Shown here in pieces: positions 28,457 to 38,337 of a DNA stretch of 64,000 bases. Location: NCBI GenBank assembly GCA_965279375.1, contig OZ257156.1, positions 2,496,001-2,560,000 of the forward strand, in the 5' to 3' direction. The notes beneath the pieces were generated by a model. That model was not told the DNA's origin, did no database searches, and saw only the letters and a list, made by a program, of their open reading frames with translations. Both the position numbers and the translations under genes were made by a program. The first letter of the stretch is position 1; each line of letters opens with the position of its first letter. This DNA is from Gemmatimonas sp. (lineage in GTDB: Bacteria > Gemmatimonadota > Gemmatimonadetes > Gemmatimonadales > Gemmatimonadaceae).

Positions 28457-29965
28457 CTAGCGGTCCAGCTCCGAGGCCACGGAGCGCCAGGGCGAGCGAA
28501 TCCCCCAGATTCCGGCCAGCAGAGCGGCCACGAACAGGTACGACGCGACCGCCGACGGACGACCGTCCAGCCATGGCAGATACTGGGTTGCCATCTTGCC
28601 GAGCGTGTTGAGCCACGGCAGCTGCAAGCCTTCGACGAAGACGTGCAGGATGTTGGTGTGGACGCCGTACTGATTGCGTACCATCGCAATGCAGAGCGCC
28701 ACCGTGACGGACGCCAGCAGCACCGGGTAGGCAAGCGCTCTCGGGATGCGAAGCAGGACCGCCGCCGCCGGCAGGAAGAGGAACGGCACCACCGGCATGA
28801 GATAGCGAATCCCGGTGTTCCATTGCAGGCGCGTGTAGGCGATCGCTGAAAAGAAGACGACGTACGCGAGCCCGATCGCAAGGCAGACCACTGCTTCGCG
28901 TGTCGGCAGGAAGCTGCGGCCGCCGCGCACCACGAAAGGAGCGGCCACCGCCAGCGACAACAGCGGCGCAGCGATGAACAGGCCGTAGCGCAGATCGAAG
29001 AGCAGTTGCAGGAACAGCTGCAGATTCGGCCCGGTGACGCCCTGATAGCCCTGATCGCTGAAGATCACGGCCTTGGGCATCCAATGTTGCGGCGGCAGAA
29101 TGAAGCTGCCAAAGGCGGCCCACTGGTACCACCAGAGCACGAGGATCATGGGCAGGGCGCCGGCAGTGAACACTGCGCCGGCACGCACGACGCCCGACCA
29201 CGGCTGCGTGTCGCGCGCCTTTGCCAGCGTGTACAAGCCAAGAATGCCGAGTGCGAGGGCCCCGCTGTAGTCGCAGAGGAAGCCGAAGCCCGCCAGCATG
29301 CCGGCGAGGAACACGCGCGTCGGTTCGCGCAACGTCAGCCTCTCGCCCGGATTCCAGAGCAGGAAGAAGGCGGTCACGGCGACGATGCCGAGCGCGAGAT
29401 TCTGATTGAGGTAGGCCGTGCGAAAGAGCACCGGTGTGCCGAACGCATACAGCAGCGAGAGCCACATCGCATGCCGCTGCGGGAGGCCGGTCCCCTCGAG
29501 AATCCGGAACAGAATCACGACGCCGAACGCGGACAGCGGTGCCATGCACAGCACCATCGTGATCACGCCCACCAGTCCGAATCGCACGTCCAGTCCGAGT
29601 CGCCGCACTTCCTTGTAGAACTTCACCCGAGGTGCACGCGGGTCGTTGTACACCGCGAGCGTATCCGCGCCCGTCGCGCGGCGCGCGGCGAGCGATCGAT
29701 TCACCACGACATCGACGAGCGGTTTCGTGATGGCGTACGGCACTGCGGCCAGCATCGAGATGCCGGGGTTGGCGCCGTGGTGTACACCGCCGTGCGGGGC
29801 TTCAGGGCCGTTCCGGAAAATGTCTTCGTGCAGCCCGTAGTACTTGCCGAGGTCGAAGCTCGTGTCCTCGACCATGCTCATGACGAGGTAATGCTCGCGC
29901 ACGAAATCCGTCGCGAAATGCAGACAGAACACGACCCAGCAGGTGAGAAATATTCGCAGGCGCAT
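28457..29965 (-). CDS. Polytopic membrane protein, probable GT-C fold
   Basis: Short N-terminal TM, REHY and D-I-F loop, PG.S.LA, GLF...P, GIRYL.P. Confidence 0.6.
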   Translation of the reverse strand: MRLRIFLTCWVVFCLHFATDFVREHYLVMSMVEDTSFDLGKYYGLHEDIFRNGPEAPHGGVHHGANPGISMLAAVPYAITKPLVDVVVNRSLAARRATGADTLAVYNDPRAPRVKFYKEVRRLGLDVRFGLVGVITMVLCMAPLSAFGVVILFRILEGTGLPQRHAMWLSLLYAFGTPVLFRTAYLNQNLALGIVAVTAFFLLWNPGERLTLREPTRVFLAGMLAGFGFLCDYSGALALGILGLYTLAKARDTQPWSGVVRAGAVFTAGALPMILVLWWYQWAAFGSFILPPQHWMPKAVIFSDQGYQGVTGPNLQLFLQLLFDLRYGLFIAAPLLSLAVAAPFVVRGGRSFLPTREAVVCLAIGLAYVVFFSAIAYTRLQWNTGIRYLMPVVPFLFLPAAAVLLRIPRALAYPVLLASVTVALCIAMVRNQYGVHTNILHVFVEGLQLPWLNTLGKMATQYLPWLDGRPSAVASYLFVAALLAGIWGIRSPWRSVASELDR

Positions 29966-30007
29966 TACAGCAGATCGGAGTCGTGGGAGAGAAGGTCGTC
30001 GCCGCGC

Positions 30008-30595
30008 TTACGAAACCAGCAGGTACGCCACCAGCCCCAGGGTATAGATCCAGGAACCGGCGAACAGTACCCATCCAAGACGCCGATCCTTGGTGCTGCG
30101 ATACCACAACAGAAATCCGGTGACGGCGAACAAGATCATCGAGAGCGCGACGACATCCAGCAGGAGGCTCCACGCCAGATACCCGATGCCCCCGTCGCGT
30201 CCGAGCAGAACATGGAAGCCGCGCAACGTGCCGATCGCGTTGAATCGCGTACGGGCGATCGTGAGCGTGGTGCGATCTGCGGAGACCTCCGCTTCGACAC
30301 GGCCGGTTGGCGACATCCAGCGCTGACGCTGTATGCCGGCCCGGTCCGAGTCCATTCCACGGGTACGTCCGCTCGCTCCCGCCTCCTGCGAGACGAATGC
30401 GCGCAAGGCCGAGTCACTCGCGGTCGCTTGTGGCGGCAGCGCGACCTTCGTGGTGGTCGTGACGTTGTTCTGGCGAGGCAGCCAGCGTGAATAGACGAAG
30501 GTGACGCCGCTGACCGTGTAGAACAGCACGGCCAGCGCGAGTACGAGCCCGGCAAACAGGTGGATCTGGCGAAGCAGCGCGTAAGTGAGCTTCAT
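30008..30595 (-). CDS. PepSY-associated TM helix protein
   Basis: RQIHLFAGL...SG, second His (GFHV), TG..LW; ATGA overlap. Confidence 0.72.
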   Translation of the reverse strand: MKLTYALLRQIHLFAGLVLALAVLFYTVSGVTFVYSRWLPRQNNVTTTTKVALPPQATASDSALRAFVSQEAGASGRTRGMDSDRAGIQRQRWMSPTGRVEAEVSADRTTLTIARTRFNAIGTLRGFHVLLGRDGGIGYLAWSLLLDVVALSMILFAVTGFLLWYRSTKDRRLGWVLFAGSWIYTLGLVAYLLVS

Positions 30596-31206
30596 GCGAG
30601 CAGCCATCCCATCAGCACGATGCACGCGAGGGAACCGCCGCCGAGCACGATCCATCCGATGCGCGCGAAGCGACCTTGCCCGAACCACAGCACGATGCCC
30701 GAAATCGTGGAGAAGAGCAGTACCACGACCGTCAGGTGCGTGTAGTTCCACCACAACGACAGTGCAAAGGAGTCCGGATAGCGACGCGCGTCGTGCAGTC
30801 CCTTGAGGACCGAGGCCGGCCCGCGGGTGGTGCCCGACACGGTGACCACGCCGCTCTCACTCGCCTTGACGGCGTACTCGTGGCCCGGCCGCGTGACCTT
30901 GAAATCGAGTGTTGCCGCGTCCGTCCACTTGGGCACTTCGGGCGTTACGCGTCCGTCGAGCCCTAACTCCCGCGCCACGCGTCGCGCCACCTCGCCAGGA
31001 TTCTCACGACTCGCGATGGCGCTCACGGTGTCCGTCCATTCACGCGCTGCGCGGTCGCGCTCCAGTCGCTCGATGGGATGGGCGAAGAGCAGCGAGCTGA
31101 TTCCGTACACCACCAGGTAGCCCGAGCAGAGCAATCCACCGTACAGGTGCAAATTGCGCAGCAGGCGTCGCCAGCGTCGACGCGGAAGGACATTGGTGTC
31201 GGTCAG
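30592..31206 (-). CDS. PepSY-associated TM helix protein (paralog)
   Basis: RNLHLYGGL, RPG, GLHD, SGIVLW; probable CTG start at 31206 after GAGGA. Confidence 0.72.
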   Translation of the reverse strand: MTDTNVLPRRRWRRLLRNLHLYGGLLCSGYLVVYGISSLLFAHPIERLERDRAAREWTDTVSAIASRENPGEVARRVARELGLDGRVTPEVPKWTDAATLDFKVTRPGHEYAVKASESGVVTVSGTTRGPASVLKGLHDARRYPDSFALSLWWNYTHLTVVVLLFSTISGIVLWFGQGRFARIGWIVLGGGSLACIVLMGWLLA

Positions 31207-31251
31207 AGACGGATCCTCACGAGAATGAAGGCATTCGCATCGCTGGACGTG

Positions 31252-32703
31252 CTACGCCGCGCGACGACGACGTCGCCAGAACAGGCCCGCGATTGCCAGG
31301 GCCAGCAGTCCGCCCAGTGGAATCGCCGCCCGCACGATGCGTCCGCGCCAGACCGTGCGCACCTTCGCGTCGTATTCGGCGCGAAACTCCGCGCGCAGGG
31401 AATCTGCATCGTACAGTACGCCGCCCTTGATCACGCGCGCGATATCGAGCGTCGCATGCGGCGCGGCCAGCGGATCGACGTGATACACGACGGCGTCGGC
31501 CAACTTCCCCGCTTCGATCGTTCCCAGATCGCGTCGATTGAGTGCGATAGCCGCATTGCGCGTTGCAGCCTGCAGACCGACCATCGGCGACTCGGCGATT
31601 TCACCGATTAGGCGCATCTCCTCGTGCAGGTCGATCCCCGGTGCCTTTCCGTCCGCGCCAGCGACGACCATACCGCCACGCCGGATGAAGTCCGCAATCA
31701 AGGCGGACTGGCGTTGCCAAGTCTTCGGATATGCCGCGTACACCGCCGAATCGCGCGACGCGGTGCCCGACAGCACAGCGCGCAGACTCGGCGGATGCCG
31801 CAGGAATCCTGCGGCAACCGGCGGCTCGATCGGACGACCGAAATGGTATTCGAAGGCCACCGTTGGTTCGAGCCACACGTTCGCAGCAACCATCTCCGCG
31901 ACGAGTGAGTCGACCCGGGCGGAGTCCATCGTCAGCCACAGCTTCTTCTCCCACGGCCAGAAATCGCGCGCGGAATCCGGCGGGGTAAGCACGGTGCCCT
32001 TCGGCTGCATCTCCAACGGGATCGCCATGATATGGCTGATGCCGTTGATGCCCTCGGCGATCGCGGCACGAGTGAACACCGTGTCAACGGCCGACCACGT
32101 GTGACCGAACGACGGGATCCCCGCAGCGCGCGCTGCGCGGATCTCCTCGCGCCAGTTCTCGTTGACGAAGGGCTCCTTGATCTTGATCGCATCCACGCCC
32201 ATGGCGGCGAGCTTCGCGACGAGCGGCGCGCCCAAGGCGGCGCCAAGTCGAGCGGTGTCCTCCGCGACGACACGCGCGGCTACCACCAGTCGAGGCATGG
32301 CCGCGGTTGCAGATTCCGCCGTCTTGCGCGCGGAGAGCAACGTATCGGTCGAAAGCGATCCGGCGTCGCGCACGGTCGTGATTCCGAGCGCGAACCGCAG
32401 TCGCTGCAAGCGCCACAAGCCGTTCGGATTCACGGCGAAGGGCAAATGGACATGGGTGTCGATCAAACCCGGCGAAATCCACCGGCCGCTCAGGTCAATC
32501 GCTTTGTCGCCCGCTTTCGATGGACAACCGTCCGGACCTGACACGCAGGTGAAGCGATCGCCTTCGATGACGATGCGCGAATTGCGAACGGCGTCCGCGC
32601 GATTGCCATCGAGCAACGTGGCACCTGTCAGCACGGTGCGTTGCTGTGCGGCCAAGGGCGCACCGGACACGGCTAGAGCCAAGAGCGCGGCGCGGAGTCG
32701 CAT
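31252..32703 (-). CDS. Secreted amidohydrolase with C-terminal membrane anchor
   Basis: Signal peptide, PGLIDTHVH, GITTVRDAG, GTIEAGKLAD; ends in a TM helix plus RRRRR. Confidence 0.85.
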   Translation of the reverse strand: MRLRAALLALAVSGAPLAAQQRTVLTGATLLDGNRADAVRNSRIVIEGDRFTCVSGPDGCPSKAGDKAIDLSGRWISPGLIDTHVHLPFAVNPNGLWRLQRLRFALGITTVRDAGSLSTDTLLSARKTAESATAAMPRLVVAARVVAEDTARLGAALGAPLVAKLAAMGVDAIKIKEPFVNENWREEIRAARAAGIPSFGHTWSAVDTVFTRAAIAEGINGISHIMAIPLEMQPKGTVLTPPDSARDFWPWEKKLWLTMDSARVDSLVAEMVAANVWLEPTVAFEYHFGRPIEPPVAAGFLRHPPSLRAVLSGTASRDSAVYAAYPKTWQRQSALIADFIRRGGMVVAGADGKAPGIDLHEEMRLIGEIAESPMVGLQAATRNAAIALNRRDLGTIEAGKLADAVVYHVDPLAAPHATLDIARVIKGGVLYDADSLRAEFRAEYDAKVRTVWRGRIVRAAIPLGGLLALAIAGLFWRRRRRAA

Positions 32704-33797
32704 CAGGCGCTCCCCACCGCAGGAACAGCGGCGCTTCGCGTTGCGTCGGTCAGCGCCCTGACGATGCGCTGTGCTGCGTCGCCCGATCCGAAGAACGGCG
32801 GCGCATCACCGACGGGGCGTACCCAGTCGCGTAGCGCGTGAGGCAGTGCGCGCACATCCGATCCCACGAGCGTGTTCCAGCCTGAGCTGACGGTTTCCAC
32901 CCACTCGGTTTCGGGGCGCAGCGTGAAGCAGGGCACGCCAAAGAAGTAGGCTTCCTTTTGCACGCCGCCCGAGTCGGTGAGGATGGCCGCGGCATGCTGC
33001 TCCAGCTGCAACATATCGAGATATCCCACCGGGTCGATCAGTCGAACGCGCTCGGGTGAGATCGATCCAGCACTCAGTCGCGCCTTCGTGCGCGGATGCA
33101 CAGGAAGCACCACCGGCAGCGGCAGCGAAGCGAGCGTGTCGAGAATGATCGCGAGCTGCGCTGAATCGTCGGTGTTGTACGGACGATGAATGGTGGCGAG
33201 ATAGTATCCGCCGGGCGTCAGCGACAGGTCGGCAAGCACGCTCGATCGCTTGCGAGCGAGTTCGCCAAAGTGGAGCACCGCGTCGTACATCACGTCGCCA
33301 ACAAGATGCACACCGGCGTGCACACCTTCACGCGTCAAATGATCGACCGCCGTCTGCGTGGGACACAGCAACAAGTCGGACACATGATCGGTGACCACGC
33401 GGTTGTGCTCTTCGGGCATGGTGCGGTTGAACGAACGCAGACCAGCCTCGACGTGCGCGATCGGTACGCCCAGCTTGCAGGCAGCGAGCGCACCGGCGAG
33501 CGTCGAATTCGTGTCGCCGTACACCAACAACCAATCCGGGCGTTCCTCCAGCAGCACTTCCTCGATCGCGGCCAGCATGCGACCAGTCTGTGCGCCGTGC
33601 GAGCCGCTGCCAACACCGAGGTTACGGTCGGCCGGCGCGATCCCGAGCTCGTCGAAGAACACCTGCGACATGCGGTCGTCGTAGTGCTGGCCGGTGTGCA
33701 CCAAACACTCCTCGATGCCCGCGTCGCGCAGCGCACGTCCGACTGGGGCGGCCTTCACGAACTGTGGACGCGCACCGACGATCGTCACGACCTTCAT
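32703..33797 (-). CDS. wecB: UDP-N-acetylglucosamine 2-epimerase (non-hydrolysing)
   Basis: VGARPQFVK, HTGQHYD, YGDTNS, HVEAGLRS, PEE.NR, TDSGGVQKEA. Confidence 0.95.
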   Translation of the reverse strand: MKVVTIVGARPQFVKAAPVGRALRDAGIEECLVHTGQHYDDRMSQVFFDELGIAPADRNLGVGSGSHGAQTGRMLAAIEEVLLEERPDWLLVYGDTNSTLAGALAACKLGVPIAHVEAGLRSFNRTMPEEHNRVVTDHVSDLLLCPTQTAVDHLTREGVHAGVHLVGDVMYDAVLHFGELARKRSSVLADLSLTPGGYYLATIHRPYNTDDSAQLAIILDTLASLPLPVVLPVHPRTKARLSAGSISPERVRLIDPVGYLDMLQLEQHAAAILTDSGGVQKEAYFFGVPCFTLRPETEWVETVSSGWNTLVGSDVRALPHALRDWVRPVGDAPPFFGSGDAAQRIVRALTDATRSAAVPAVGSA

Positions 33798-35527
33798 AAG
33801 CCTGTCTCCGCGGAGCGCTCGTAGATCCGGATTGGGGCATTCACGACGGGATAGTCCAGGTCGGGGCGCTTCGTCCACTCGAGCACGGTCTTCGTGTGGA
33901 AGAAGGCCACGCGCTTGTAGCCGAGCGACCCATCTTCGAGGCCGCGGAAGATCGGCGGCGGGCACGTGGCCGCGTACTCGTGGCCGGGGTTCGTGTAGTC
34001 CGGGATGATCACGACAAAGCGCGGTCGGCGCTCGGCCCACCCATCGATCACCGTCTTCACGGCGCGCTCGCTGGTATCTGCGCGAATGTTGCTGCCGGGA
34101 TTGAAGATCGCGATGCGCGAATTGAGCGACGCCGGCATCGGTGGATTCTTGTACTCGGAGCCGAAATACTCGAGCGAGTCGCCGGCGCGCGCGTTCGCGG
34201 CGATCCATGGACCGGCGTCGTAGCGCGCGTCACGCAGCATGCCGTCCGTGAGATCGATCGCCCACGCGCTGAGCGTCAGTACGCTCGCCAGCCCGAGTAC
34301 GCCCGCGCCGATGCCGATCGGCGAACGTCGTGACCGCCACGCCATGACCATCGCGCGGCCCGTGTAGATCGAACAGACGAACGCGACCGGCATGAGATAG
34401 CGGAGCATCGCCAGGCGCGCAGAAAAGAAGATCACCAGGAGATAGCCGACGGCCGACAGCGCGAGCAGCGCATCGCGACGACGCTGCATGCCGAGCACCA
34501 CGGCACCGCCAATCGCCGCGATGAGCCCGGGCCACGTGATGGCATGCGCCACGAGCTGGAACAGTCGGAAGGCGAAGTCGATGTTTCCCTGCAGCGTTCG
34601 CGGGTACATGTGCACGAACGCGACGCCACCCTTTTCCACTTCCGCGAGTCGGGTCTGGAAGAAGTGGATGTGCGCGCTCCAGCGGCGATAGTCGATCACC
34701 ATGCCGCTGGCGATCGCGTAAGCAACGAACGTGCACAACGCACCAGCGATCGCGATGCGCCAGAAGCTGGCCGTGCGCCATGGCGCCACGCTGCTTCCGG
34801 GATTGGGCAACAAGAGCAGCACCACCGGCGCAAACACGAATGACGCGAAGGACGGTTCCTTGGTCGCCAACGACAGCCCCACGAGCGTACCGAACGTCAC
34901 CGAGCGCCGCATGCTGAAGCCGTCGCGCAGGATGAACGCGAACGCCACGAGCGCCGTCGCGCTGAAGAACAGCACCGGCACGTCGACGTTGGAATTGCGC
35001 GCGTAGTAGAACATCGGGTACATGAGCAACACGAAGGCCGCCGATGCGCGACCGCTGGATTCATCCCAGAGGATGCGTCCGATTTCGTATGCACAGAGCA
35101 CAATGCCGACACCGAGCAGCACCGACAGGAAATGCGCGATGAGCGTCAGGTTGCGCAGCGACGTGACCGGATCCACGAATCCGTGCGGGAACTCGACGGT
35201 CGGATTCTTCACGCCACCCGTGAGAAACTCGTAGCCCATGTACGGCGCAAAGGCGCCAAGCACCATGAACGGGTGCAGCATGGGATAGCCGAGATTGGGA
35301 TTCTGCTCCGGCTTGGGATGCAGAATGTCGTGAGCCTGCGCGAGAGGACCGAGAGGCGGTTCGTCGTCGACCCCCCACGCGTTGGTACGATCTGCCGCCG
35401 TGGCGTACGGCGTGCCCCACCAGAACCCCGGCGTATACGCAACGAACGCCAGCAGCACCACGACGATCCGCGTGAGGCCGATACGGTGCCACACGCCCGG
35501 GCTGCTGACCTTATTCGCTGTACTCAC
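33794..35527 (-). CDS. GT-C fold membrane glycosyltransferase (ArnT-like)
   Basis: VDDE loop, YP, NVD, ATK, RYL.P; C-terminal periplasmic domain. Confidence 0.75.
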   Translation of the reverse strand: MSTANKVSSPGVWHRIGLTRIVVVLLAFVAYTPGFWWGTPYATAADRTNAWGVDDEPPLGPLAQAHDILHPKPEQNPNLGYPMLHPFMVLGAFAPYMGYEFLTGGVKNPTVEFPHGFVDPVTSLRNLTLIAHFLSVLLGVGIVLCAYEIGRILWDESSGRASAAFVLLMYPMFYYARNSNVDVPVLFFSATALVAFAFILRDGFSMRRSVTFGTLVGLSLATKEPSFASFVFAPVVLLLLPNPGSSVAPWRTASFWRIAIAGALCTFVAYAIASGMVIDYRRWSAHIHFFQTRLAEVEKGGVAFVHMYPRTLQGNIDFAFRLFQLVAHAITWPGLIAAIGGAVVLGMQRRRDALLALSAVGYLLVIFFSARLAMLRYLMPVAFVCSIYTGRAMVMAWRSRRSPIGIGAGVLGLASVLTLSAWAIDLTDGMLRDARYDAGPWIAANARAGDSLEYFGSEYKNPPMPASLNSRIAIFNPGSNIRADTSERAVKTVIDGWAERRPRFVVIIPDYTNPGHEYAATCPPPIFRGLEDGSLGYKRVAFFHTKTVLEWTKRPDLDYPVVNAPIRIYERSAETGL

Positions 35528-35548
35528 ACGTCCCCTGTCTGGGTGAGG

Positions 35549-37498
35549 TCAGAGCGCCGTAGCGGTCACCGATGCCGCCGTGCGCCGTTCACGGCGCGTC
35601 GGCAACCGATCCCCATCCACGAACGCCTGGTGCCACAGCTCGAGCGAGAGCAGTCCCCACAGCGGACGGCCGAAGGCGGCGCCCGGGGCGAGCAGCTTCT
35701 CCACGCCGTCCATGCGATACAGCCCGCGCTGCCGCGCGCGCGTGCCCAACATGACATCGCCGACAAAATCGCGAATCGGTCCGCGCAGCCACTCGGTCAG
35801 CGGGACTGGGAAGCCCATCTTGTCTCGGCGCGTGAACACCGACTCGGGAATGAACGGCTTGATCGACTCGCGGAAGATTCGCTTGGAGTCGCCACCCTTG
35901 AAACGCATCGCCGGCGGCATCTTGGTGACCAGCTCCGCGATGCGATGATCGAGCAACGGCACACGTGACTCGAGCGAGACGGCCATGCTCGTGCGGTCTT
36001 CCACCTGCAGCAACGCGGGAAGCAGCGTCTTCAGGTCGAAGTTCGTCATCTTGTTGAAGTATGACTTGGTCGACGGGTTGTTGAAGATCTGCGCGTACGA
36101 ATCGAACATCCGCCCCTGTGAACTCGGCGTCCAGACATCGCCCGAGATCAGCGACTCCGCATCGTCGATGCGCGAGACGAGCCGGAAGTACCGACGATCC
36201 ATCTCGTCGAAGAGTCCCTCCTTGAAGAAACTCTGCAGCATCGGGCCGTACTGCTTGAGCATGCCGAGGCTCGGTTCGATCGAGTCCCACGACACGACGT
36301 AGCGCGGATCGGTCGCGGTGTCGTGGATCGCGCCTTTCATCGCCTGCTCGAGGTACGCCACGAGGTAGCGGGCGTAGCCGCCGAACAGTTCGTCTCCGCC
36401 CTGACCGCCGAGCACCACCTTCACGTGTTCGCGGGCCAGCTTGGATACGCAGTACTGCGGGAAGAGACCGGGGCCTGCTGCGGGCTCGTCCATCATGTAG
36501 ATGAGCCACGGCAGCGTGTCGGCGAATTCGCGAGCGGACGGCCACACCTCGTGGTATTCCGCATTCACATTTGCTGCGACTTCGCGGGCGTAGCGTGTCT
36601 CGTCATACTGCGGCCCTTCGCGAAACGCACCGGTGAAGGTGTGGAAGGTGTGCGGGTAACGTCCGGCTGCCATCGATACGACCGTCGACGAATCGATACC
36701 GCCCGAGCAGTGCGCGCCAACCGGCACGTCACTGCGCAGCTGCAACTTCATCGAGTCGTTGAGGAGCGCGACGAGCTGCTCGCGGAAGTAGTCCTCGGTG
36801 TGATGGAGATCGAGCTCGTAGTTGTAGTCCCAGTAGCACACCTCCGCCGGCGCGCTGTCGCGACCGGGGCGGAAGGTGAGGTAGTGGCCCGGCTCGAGCT
36901 TCTGGATATTGCGAAAGAGCGTGCGCTCACCGAGGCAGAACTGGAACGTGAGATACTCCTCGAGTCCATGCGCATCGGCTTCGGCACGCACAAGCCCCGT
37001 CGCCAGAATCGCCTTCGGTTCACTGGCGAAGAGCAGCGAGTCGGCGGTCATCGCCCAGTAGAACGGCTTGATGCCCACGCGGTCGCGCGCGGCGAAGATG
37101 CGCTGCTGGCGCGCATCCCAGATCGCAAACGAGAACATGCCGTTCAACCGCTCGAGGCACCGCTCTCCCAGCTCTTCATAGAGATGGAGAATGACTTCGG
37201 TGTCACTCTGCGTGCGGAACTGGTGATGACGAGCGAGCTCACGACGCAGCTCGACGTAGTTGTAGATCTCACCGTTGAAGGTGATCCAGATCGTCCCGTC
37301 CTCGTTGCACATGGGCTGTCGCCCCGAGTCGAGATCGATGATGGCGAGGCGCTTGTGTCCGAGTGCGGCAGGGCCATCGATGTGGATCCCTTCGCCATCG
37401 GGGCCACGATGGGCGATGGCGTCGAGCATCGCACTCAGGAGCTCTGCGTCAGGGGCGAACGCGCGCTCGCGTCCGACGATGCCGGCTATGCCGCACAT
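35549..37498 (-). CDS. asnB: Asparagine synthase-like glutamine amidotransferase
   Basis: MCGIAG, HRGPD, RLAIID, NGEIYN, SDTEV, SGGIDSS, GGDELFGGY, E.RVP.LDH. Confidence 0.95.
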   Translation of the reverse strand: MCGIAGIVGRERAFAPDAELLSAMLDAIAHRGPDGEGIHIDGPAALGHKRLAIIDLDSGRQPMCNEDGTIWITFNGEIYNYVELRRELARHHQFRTQSDTEVILHLYEELGERCLERLNGMFSFAIWDARQQRIFAARDRVGIKPFYWAMTADSLLFASEPKAILATGLVRAEADAHGLEEYLTFQFCLGERTLFRNIQKLEPGHYLTFRPGRDSAPAEVCYWDYNYELDLHHTEDYFREQLVALLNDSMKLQLRSDVPVGAHCSGGIDSSTVVSMAAGRYPHTFHTFTGAFREGPQYDETRYAREVAANVNAEYHEVWPSAREFADTLPWLIYMMDEPAAGPGLFPQYCVSKLAREHVKVVLGGQGGDELFGGYARYLVAYLEQAMKGAIHDTATDPRYVVSWDSIEPSLGMLKQYGPMLQSFFKEGLFDEMDRRYFRLVSRIDDAESLISGDVWTPSSQGRMFDSYAQIFNNPSTKSYFNKMTNFDLKTLLPALLQVEDRTSMAVSLESRVPLLDHRIAELVTKMPPAMRFKGGDSKRIFRESIKPFIPESVFTRRDKMGFPVPLTEWLRGPIRDFVGDVMLGTRARQRGLYRMDGVEKLLAPGAAFGRPLWGLLSLELWHQAFVDGDRLPTRRERRTAASVTATAL

Positions 37499-38337
37499 GC
37501 GCGCTTCACCTCGATTTTTTCGAGCGGGAGTCCGTCCGGGCCGTACGCCGTGCGACGACGATCAGCGCACTGCTCTTTCCATTGGCGTCCGAGGTCGCCC
37601 CACGCGACGATGTACTTCGCGATGACCACGAGATAGCCGAGCGTCGTGAGTGAGGTGACGACCTTGCTGGGGCCGGACTTGCGATCGTAGCGCAGCACGA
37701 AGCCGTGTTCGGTGACGCGCGCGCCGAGCATGCGGCACTTGACCAGCTTCTCGATCGTGCCGGTGAAGCCCATGCCCTTCAGGTCGATGAAGCGATTGCC
37801 GAAGATCGACACTGCATCCTTGATGAGCGCGACGCGATACGCACGGAAGCCGCTCGTGTACTCCCAGATCTCCGACATGGGGAACGCGGTCTTCATCAGC
37901 AGGTTCGCACAACGGCTGATCGTGCGGCGGTACAGGTTCACGCCGATCTGCCCGCCACCAGGTGCGTAGCGCGATGCGATGACCACTTCCCACCCGTCGC
38001 GCAGCTTTTCGATCATCGGGATCGTGTAGCGCGGATCGTGGGTGTCGTCGCAATCCATGCGCACCACCACATCGGTACGCGCGCCGCTCTCGGCGATGTA
38101 CTCCATACCGTCACGGATCGTTTCGCCAAGGCCGCGATTGATCTTGTGATTGATGATGTGCATCGGGAAGCGCTTGGCCAGCTCCTGGCAGCGCTCGAGC
38201 GTGCGATCGCGACTCCCGTCGTTCACCACCACGATCTCGTAGGCGGCACCGATCTCCTCCATCGCCGCACCGATCTTTTCGGTGAGCGGCTGCACGGCGT
38301 CTTCTTCGTTATACGCGGGGAGCAGAAAGTAGATCAT
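37486..38337 (-). CDS. GT2 polyprenyl-phosphate glycosyltransferase (DPM1/ArnC-like)
   Basis: LLPAYNEE, VVNDGSRD, NRGLG, MDCDDTH, ASRY, TSGFRAYR. Confidence 0.88.
   Translation of the reverse strand: MIYFLLPAYNEEDAVQPLTEKIGAAMEEIGAAYEIVVVNDGSRDRTLERCQELAKRFPMHIINHKINRGLGETIRDGMEYIAESGARTDVVVRMDCDDTHDPRYTIPMIEKLRDGWEVVIASRYAPGGGQIGVNLYRRTISRCANLLMKTAFPMSEIWEYTSGFRAYRVALIKDAVSIFGNRFIDLKGMGFTGTIEKLVKCRMLGARVTEHGFVLRYDRKSGPSKVVTSLTTLGYLVVIAKYIVAWGDLGRQWKEQCADRRRTAYGPDGLPLEKIEVKRACAA

Noticed and set aside
31206..31254. Amidohydrolase TAG is in frame with the downstream PepSY-TM gene (possible read-through)
   Set aside because: One-in-three chance; the downstream gene has its own RBS and start, and the upstream protein ends in a natural anchor.
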